Source: Selaginella moellendorffii (Eukaryota; Plantae; Lycopodiophyta). From it: 64,000 nucleotides of DNA. Below the pieces are notes generated by a model. That model did not search any database. It was not told the DNA's origin and worked only from the letters and a program-made list of their open reading frames with translations. The first letter of the stretch is position 1. The number at the start of each line of letters is the position of its first letter. The stretch is taken from assembly GCF_000143415.4 (NCBI RefSeq), contig NW_003314416.1:67332-131331 (forward strand). Reading direction: 5' to 3'. Below are positions 56,452 to 64,000 of this stretch, in pieces. The translations under genes were made by a program, and so were the position numbers.

Positions 56452-59238
56452 ATGGACGAGGAATTGGCTAAGGTGAAGGCTGAAATCGCGCTTCTTGAGT
56501 CGCAGATCCAAGCGGCTGGGGAATCTTTTCTCTCTGCCCTTCAGAGTGGCAATCAATCTCTGGCGGAATATTGGCGGAATGAAAAAGAGCAGCTGCGGAA
56601 GGAGGAAGAACAGCTGCGGGAGAAAAAACTCCTCCTCCTCAGAAGTAACGGTAAGTCATTCTTTGTGTATTTAGCTTTCCCCCTCGATTTGGGGCGTTTT
56701 GCTGTGTCGTTTCCATGTGGCTAGAGGTTTAGGGCTTAGGGTTATGTTTTGGCTATGGCGTCTGTGCTCTGGTTGTTTCAGCCTATGGCGTCAGGCTTTT
56801 GTTCGTGGCCGTTTGCTTGTTGGGCTCTCGTGCTGTTGGATCTTTTGGAATTGATTAAATGGACCTTATTGCAGTCGATTGGGCCAGTGTGGTCACACCA
56901 TGTTGGCTATGTTACTCACTCCTTTTCTTGTCTGAAACAGAAACAAAAACAACCATAACAATGTTAGAGGCGTGTGATATTTCCATCTCCACGAAATCAC
57001 AGTTTATTTCTCGGTTGGCTCCTCACGAGTCGGGTTATAAGGCGAAATTTCCCTCGGCCCGGACACTCATGTGCGCGCTTAGTAACCTGCCATGCCTTCT
57101 ATGGGAAGGCGTAGGAGATGGACTTGTGGAGCTCGACAATCGGTTTGCGCAGAGGTTGTCAGAGCGCCAGATCACTGTGCTCTTGGCTCCCAGCGGTTCA
57201 GGAAAAACGAGAATGTTGATCGAACTTGCCTGCAGTAGATTCACCTTGTTTTTCACGGGTAAGCGTCCGATGGTTGGATTTGGAGGAGGATCGAATGATG
57301 TAGACAGGGTTGCCAGATGGATGGAGACTCGGTTGCCCACAGGTGAACACGATCTTGATCCGAATCATGCAGTGGTGCGGTTTGGTGTTGGGATTTTGAT
57401 TCTTGTCCGGTTGAAATATTTGAAGTTGCTGAAAGCGCTGAAACCTGGGCTTCATCCTCGTGATTGGGCTTTTTTCCAGTTGGAATACCCGGCAGTTGAT
57501 GATGTCTTCCGTGCTGCGGTTGAAGCCTTGATCGATTGTGTTTCAGTGGATCAGCAACTGCCTTTGGATCAGCTGATGGAGGTTATAAGGAATCTTGCAG
57601 ATGACATTGGTTGGAAGGAGGGGGTGGTTGTCCTTGATGAGGCTCAAATGTTGCTTCATCGCATGAAAGGTCGATTCAAGTCTGAACTCACTCCTACGAA
57701 AGGGGAGCCGTTGTTGAACCCCATGTTACTGGCTCTGAAGTCGTACGGTTTCTTGAAGAGCTGCTTGTTTGTTGCGGGCACCGGCACGAGTATGCTTGAG
57801 GTTCGGAAAAGACTTCAGTCAGGGACAGTGAAGCTGACACTGCCTTCCGATGTAAGCGAAATTTATAGCTTACCTGGCTTTGACGACACCAACATTCCAG
57901 CCTTTCTCCAACGGTTTATAGATATCAGCAGGCTGGACATGCCCGCGATTACTTCCATGTACACTGGAAGAAGGCGACTTTTGAGCACGGCGATTGAGAA
58001 GTACGTTGTGCAGGACAAACCGCCAGAGGATTGGTTCCAAGTTTTCTCCTTGGAGTTGATCAACAAGACTGGGGTGGAGCTTGGACTTTCTCGGTCTTTA
58101 AGGGATGAAGCGGAGCGGGTGTGCGATGATCCAGAGACAGCACAAATGATTGAGGACATTCTGTTCACGTATTATCTTACAGGTATGTGTCACTGATTCT
58201 TCACAGATATATTCCTCATGCTGGTTTTTTCCAGGTTTTGGTCATGTTATTGTGCAGCGGAAGAGGAGTGTCATGACCTTAGTTGATTGTGGCTTTGCAA
58301 CGCTGCTTCAGAGTGACGCCAGTGCCGGACCTTTTGCACCGATTATTCCACACATAAGAGGGGTGAGGGGTGATGAAGCCGGACCTGGTTCTTCAGGTCG
58401 GGCTAACGTGCGATACGTGATCCTTCAAGAGCCGATGATTGCAGAAGCACTCTGGGAACATATGCCTGCTGGTACAGTAATGGAGCGAGTCATCAGCACA
58501 GCTGCAAACGCATCAGTCCCTGGCATTACCTTTGAGCGGTTTGCATGCATCGTGGGGGAGGCATTTGACAACAAGCTACCAGCTGAGGTTTTGGGTTTGC
58601 AGGAAACAGATGTGGTCTACAAGGAGGAGTATGAAGTTGTAAAGCCAAGAGGGCACTCGGGCGTGCTGGTTCAGGAGATTCGGACTGAAGAACAGTTGAA
58701 CCTGTGGCTTGAAGCTGTTGAGGCTGGTGCATCGTTTGCTACTTATGCATGGCTTCGACCATTCCAAGAAGCTGGACCAGATGGGATGTTTCTTCTCAGA
58801 AGCAAAGAGTCGCACAAGATGATGCCTGTGTTTCTACAGTTCAGGACCGGATCTGGGCTGGGTGTGACTCAAGCTTTTTCCTCACTCGACATCATGAAGA
58901 TTGACAAGATGCTGCATTCAGGAGGAGCCTCTCGAAAACTAAAACAGTGGTGCTGGACTGGCTACCTTAGGCTGGTTGTTTCACCGAACCCACATCCAAG
59001 GGTAGGAAAGGTGGCCTTCGGAGATGTGAGGCGGAGTGGGCGAGCGAGAACGGGGCGCAAAGAAATCCTCCTGGTAAGGCATATTTCATTTGATTTTTGA
59101 CATGTTTATTTTGTCCTTCAGGTTTCACCTCTGTCGGGTGTTTGGGCTGGGCGGAAACTTCGGGGGATCGTCAACACGGAATTGCTGGATGCTGTGGAAG
59201 AGGTGAAGAAAGGTTTGAAGAAACGGAAAAGGGGGTGA
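56452..59238 (+). CDS. Crinkler/RHS-like (CR) protein, ~798 aa: coiled-coil header, P-loop NTPase, restriction-endonuclease-like domain, NLS
   Basis: Exons 56452-56650, 56941-58182, 58235-59073 and 59122-59238 splice in frame (2397 nt); Walker A APSGSGKT, Walker B VVVLDEAQ, GITFE...AGPD...LQFR, terminal KKRKRG. Confidence 0.78.
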
Positions 59239-59474
59239 AGCGCTTTGCTCGTCTTCGGGCCACTCACAGTTCTGCCCTGTGTCCTTGATCTTCTGTTTTG
59301 GGAAGGATTTGAAGAGTTTTTTAGGGACCACATCAATAAATCTCACTTTGTGAAAACGTTGCAGCAAGTCTTTCACATAATCCATGATTGCTTCTTTATG
59401 GTTTCCGCTCTTGGTGATCTACAGCGTGTTTCCCATGCTATCTAAATTTTAAAATTTGATAAACCATGTAGTTT

Positions 59475-59590
59475 CAGGTTTAAACTTATAGAACATTTAA
59501 TGTTTCTAGAATATTCAGAGTATTATAGGTTTAGATTTATAGAACTTAAGTTCCTAGAATATTCAGAGTATATATTATGAACTTTATAGA
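59475..59590. repeat. Short AT-rich tandem repeat (unit ~50 bp)
   Basis: aggttta.a.ttatagaac...ctagaatattcagagtat occurs twice. Confidence 0.7.
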
Positions 59591-59919
59591 GTTTGCAAGC
59601 AAAGAATGTGGAAAAGGGCGAGCTATTCACTGATTCTTATACCTTAACAGGTTGTGGCTCGCTCGTTAATTTGATCCAACCGTTGGCAGCCGTCGGATCA
59701 AGTTAGGTTCTCTGTGAGAACGTGGCTGACAATTGCCAGGTTCTCTAGAACCCAGCTGCCAGCCACCAGGTTCTGGAGAACCCTCTCATCCTCCACAAAA
59801 TTATAGTCGTTAACATACCAGTTAACAACATCTACTAATAAATTTAATCGTTAACTGGAGCGAAGGGGTAGCCACGTAAGAGAGGAGGTGCTATATTATG
59901 CATTTCTCCCAGATCTCAT

Positions 59920-61276
59920 AGCGCAAACGTCAACTTACAATTAGTATAGACTCCATTGATTTCCCAAGGCTCCACAAGCTCCACAGAGGGAGGTACAGGG
60001 TTTTTGTGACTGCGATAGAGTACTTTGTTGCAAGCAAGCGGCCCATGGAGGAGGCAACAGGCTTTTTTGTGGAGTTCTTCGACAGAATTTGCACTACGGA
60101 TTCTCTCGGAGCAGGCGTCAGTGTTACCGAAAGGCGGGGTCTACATGGACAGGACCGTTTGGACTGATGTGCGGCATTTTCTTGAGAGAAATTGCAATCT
60201 AGCTGCCATGCAAGAGTTGAAGGTGATACTTTACCACGAAATTTTTGGATCTTCTTCAACTTTCATCAACATCAAGGACCCAGCGCTTCAGTTGGTGGAA
60301 TATGGTTTAGCCTGGTTGACGAATGAAAGCCAATTGGAACTCAAGAACATTGATGACTTCTTCTCGGGCCGCAAACAACGCTGGATAAGGCTTGAGGAAC
60401 CTGCTGTACTCAGAGTGCTCTATCACCATTTTATGACTGACTCGAACTCCTGTCAAGACATGCTTATCAGCAAAGGACAAGGTGATCACTCAAAGATCGG
60501 TCTGGGGTTTGAGAAGCTGGCTGCTTTTGGGGCAGCTCAGGAACTAGATGGGAAGCTGCCAGCAGAGTTTGTGAGGGAGTTCCTTCACCAAGAGAACAAG
60601 GTGCTGTTACGCAACGACACTTTCAAAGTTCCCGGCATCTACTTTGAGACTGCAAAGCTTGAGAGACCATGCACTGGTGTAGACATGGAGGTGACAATCT
60701 GCGTGGAAAAGCATGCTCACGACAGCAGGTGCTACACTTTGAAAAAATATATTGACGATGTGGATGGCATGGCAGTTTTCCTACTGTTTTGCTGACAGGT
60801 AATACTCATTGATTCATGGACACTTTTCTGACTGTTGTTGGCAGGTAATGCTCATTGGACTGGCCATCTTTTTCTTGGGCAATTACTCTGGGCGTCGGCT
60901 CGTCCCTTACGTGTTACAAATGAAGTCAAAAAGGCGTGCTGGCACTCAAGGTGGTATTACTGATGTGTTAGATTCTACTGATCTACTGGAAGGAAAGAAA
61001 ATTGAGGATGCAGGTTTCCAAACCTTGGCTTCAGAGAATGGTTTATTAAGACTCGCTGTCCTTCCTCATAAAGAAGCCTTGGATCAGGCATGTTTTATTT
61101 GTATGTGTGTTTTACTTAATTATATGTGTGTTTTTACTTACTAATCAGTGGACGTTATTCCCCAAATAAAAAGCAAAAGATAGAAGGTGCAATGCAACTA
61201 TTGTGTGGAGTAATTGGTGCTGGTGGTGGTTCAATGTTTCTCAAAGAGTGGTTGGTTGATACCACCTGGCAAATGA
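59920..61276 (+). pseudogene. 5'-truncated, diverged paralog of the CR protein
   Basis: GRYRVFVTAIEYFV ~ GRRRLLSTAIEKYV; LVEYGLA ~ LVDCGFA; LEEPAV ~ LQEPMI; GLGFEKLA ~ GITFERFA; VPYVLQMK ~ MPVFLQFR; no Walker motifs; frameshift and stop. Confidence 0.7.
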
Positions 61277-61668
61277 AGAATGAGGCAGTTCCTGGGTAGG
61301 GCGAGCACGTTCCCGCCCAGAACGGGCGAGCTGGGCGTTAGCCCGGCGAGCGCATTCTGGAGGGAACAAGCGAGGCCGTGCCCGGGAACGGCCTTAACGG
61401 GTTGTGATGAGACCGTTAACGGACACATGGAATAACGTTATTAATTACGAATGGAATCAAAATGCCCATCAATAACCTCCTGCTTCATTGCTTTGCAAAC
61501 CTCTTGCTTCATATGGTCACCCACAAAATCTCCTTCCTTCATAATATTTAATATTATTCTATTTAAACCAGAAGTTTTACTTGATGTATTAAAATCCCAT
61601 CTTCTGTCTTCTGGTTCTTCTAATTTTATCCTCACAGTATGATTGTTTTATGCCAGGAACGGTGCTGT

Positions 61669-61908
61669 GACCTCAAGGTGACTTTTTAGCAATCAATCGT
61701 GCTTTGTTCTTTGTGCAACAGGGCAACTTTGCTGCGAGTTTCTTCTTGGGCTGGAGCATCACCATTGCTGCTGGCCTTGCCTCGCGGCGTATGATGATGA
61801 GGTCTGGCGAGGGTGCCAAGTACAAGAGCTCAATGCACGCACTGAGGGAAATTATGGCCAAGGAAGGAGTCAAGTCCTTGTTTAAGGGTGCAGGTGCTAA
61901 CATCTTGA
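61669..61908 (+). pseudogene. AAC fragment (intron 2 + part of exon 3) with deletions
   Basis: Near-identical to ~55616-55887; lacks the YPIDTVR codons. Confidence 0.9.
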
Positions 61909-62327
61909 ACGGGCCAGACGTGAAAAGGAGATTATCAGGGTTACCTAGTTACACGTGAAAAGGAGATAAGGTCAAATGCAACTATCGCTCTCCATTGTCC
62001 AAGAGGTTGCAGTTGTGGGCGGGATGCCAACGCATTCGTCCAGAAACTTGCACCAGAGTGGAGATAGACCAATCAAAGAAGAACAAAAATAAAGGACTCG
62101 AAAGAGTCATTATTAATTTTTTTTAACCTGCGCTTAAACGAATAAGTGCATTTAGGAAATGCTTGTCTGGTTTCTGCATGAATACAACAGTTTCTGGTTT
62201 GTTTCAATGTGGCCAAGAAAGAGCAGCGGCGATGACGAATTTCAAGCAAGTCTCAGAACCTCGATCTCTTGTGGCTATAACTAAGGTTTCTAAAGGCAAG
62301 TAATAAGTATGGATTGGGTAGTTTCGC

Positions 62328-62610
62328 GGGTGTGGTTTGCTGGAAACCTGGCGTCGGGAGGCCTTGCCGGTGCCTCCTCGCTCTTCTTTGTCTACTCGCT
62401 GGATTATGCCCGGACCCGCCTGGCCAACAATGCCAAGGCTGCAAAGAAGGGTGGTGGCGGTAGCGGTGGCGGTGGCCGCCAGTTCAATGGCCTCCAGAAG
62501 ACCCTGGCCAGTGATGGCATTGCCGGCCTTTACCGCGGCTTCAACATTTCGTGCGTGGGTATTGTTGTGTACCCGGGCCTCTATTTTGGAATGTACGACT
62601 CTCTCAAGCC
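62328..62610 (+). pseudogene. AAC exon 2 fragment
   Basis: Near-identical to ~55305-55599 with a 12-nt deletion. Confidence 0.9.
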
Positions 62611-62853
62611 CAAAGTCTACAGGAAAAATACAAAGAGAAAGCAATTTTCACTTCTCGATTCTTAGAAATTTTGTGGAAGAACTTTACCAGCGAGGAAGCC
62701 ACGGCGTGCATAGCGGGGACGAAGAATCGGAGGCCACTGTTGTGGTCTTCGTAGCCTTTGAAGAATATAACCATTGAAAATGTGTGGATCAATAGAAATC
62801 CGAGTGAGATGAGAGCTGTTCTAACAAAAACACACACCAATTAAATAGTGTCA

Positions 62854-63623
62854 TGCTCATTGTCTGGGTGTACACGCAGGCGCTAAACTTCGCCTTCAAG
62901 GACCACTTCAAGAGGCTCGTCAACTTTAAGGCCGACCGGGACGGCTACTGGGTGGGGTTTGCTGGAAACCTGGCGTCGGGAGGCCTTGCCGGTGCCTCCT
63001 CGCTCTTCTTTGTCTACTCGCTGGATTATGCCCGGACCCGCCTGGCCAACGACGCCAAGGCTGCAAAGAAGGGTGGTGGCGGTAGCAGTGGCAGTGGCCG
63101 CCAGTTCAATGGCCTCCTGGACGTGTACAAGAAGACCCTGGCCAGCGATGGCATTGCCGGCCTTTACCGCGGCTTCAACATTTCGTGCGTGGGTATTGTT
63201 GTGTACCGGGGCCTTTATTTTGAAATGTACGACTCTCTCAAGCCGGTGCTGTTGGTTGGAGACCTCAAGGTGACCTTTTAGCTTGCTCCAGCAATCAATC
63301 GTGCTTTCTTCTTTGTGCAACAGGGCAACTTTGCTGCGAGTTTCTTCTTGGGCTGGAGCATCACCATTGCGGCTGGCCTTGCCTCGTATCCGATTGACAC
63401 GGTGAGGCGGCGTATGATGATGAGGTCTGGCGAGGGTGCCAAGTACAAGAGCTCAATGCACGCACTGAGGGAAATTATGGCCAAGGAAGGAGTCAAGTCC
63501 TTGTTTAAGGGTGCAGTGCTAACATCTTGAGAGCCGTGGCTGGAGCTGGAGTGTTGTCTGGCTATGACCAATTGCAAATGATCTTCCTGGGAAAGAGTTA
63601 TGGCTCTGGTGGGGGTGGCTGAC
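62854..63623 (+). pseudogene. 5'-truncated AAC copy (exons 2-3) with a frameshift
   Basis: No exon 1; F>V, W>G and G>E substitutions; 1-nt deletion near 63515. Confidence 0.9.
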
Positions 63624-63985
63624 AAGCTAACAAGCTGGATGCAGATCTTGTTTTGTTCATGCTACTGCATTTAATGCTTTAAAGATCATAAAAGGTTTTC
63701 TAATCCATTGAAAAGTATTACTGCTATTGGTGCGGTCATTTCGAATAGTCGGGAAACCAGCCATGATTGATCGAGCTGTGCAAAGTCTGGAATCAGAGGG
63801 CTACGAGTTTGTGGGGGAGTTGAAAGGTCTCACATACGATGAAGTGATCCAGCTAAGGGTGCCTGTCTTTGCTGCTAAGAAGCTTGAGCCGCACCTCAAA
63901 GTGCCAGGTATGGCTTCTCTTGCTTCGCATTTGTTTGTATGGCTATGACTGTTGTGTTTTGTTCCTATGCCCCTCGTTTTCTCTT
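62854..63985 (+). repeat. Direct duplication of 55209-56339 (AAC 3' part, UTR and SAM-like exon)
   Basis: Colinear high identity over ~1.13 kb. Confidence 0.93.
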
Positions 63986-64000
63986 TGATCCATGTTGGCT

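Noticed and set aside
62610-62850. Coding-looking filler between AAC fragments
   Set aside because: Short, interrupted by a stop, and I cannot assign a family.

Overview
Gene-dense plant nuclear DNA. The many introns of about 50-70 nt, the very short intergenic gaps and the abundant PLS-class PPR genes and fragments point to a lycophyte such as Selaginella (inferred, not verified). Ordinary genes: class III peroxidase, receptor-like cytoplasmic kinase, Agenet protein, L-gulonolactone oxidase, TrmB-like methyltransferase, SPIRRIG-type BEACH protein, DGK5-like kinase, AIFM2/FSP1-like oxidoreductase, mitochondrial LPD, UBC E2, GRX-like protein, XPO1, GH17 glucanase, X8 protein, TRAX and an ADP/ATP carrier. 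Six things stand out. (1) A Crinkler/RHS-type gene (header + P-loop NTPase + PD-(D/E)xK-like nuclease + C-terminal NLS) at 56452-59238. Its coiled-coil header exon is bracketed by a 20-bp inverted repeat and appears to have displaced an older SAM-like header exon; the duplicate at the window end seems to lack the insert. (2) A 77-aa stand-alone COMMD3-like COMM-domain ORF inside a tightly packed four-gene run. (3) A FYVE-like zinc finger at the C-terminus of SPIRRIG. (4) An inverted GULLO-PPR duplication with reciprocal pseudogenisation. (5) PPR proteins with loop-expanded L motifs. (6) Two convergent gene pairs whose stop codons abut or overlap.
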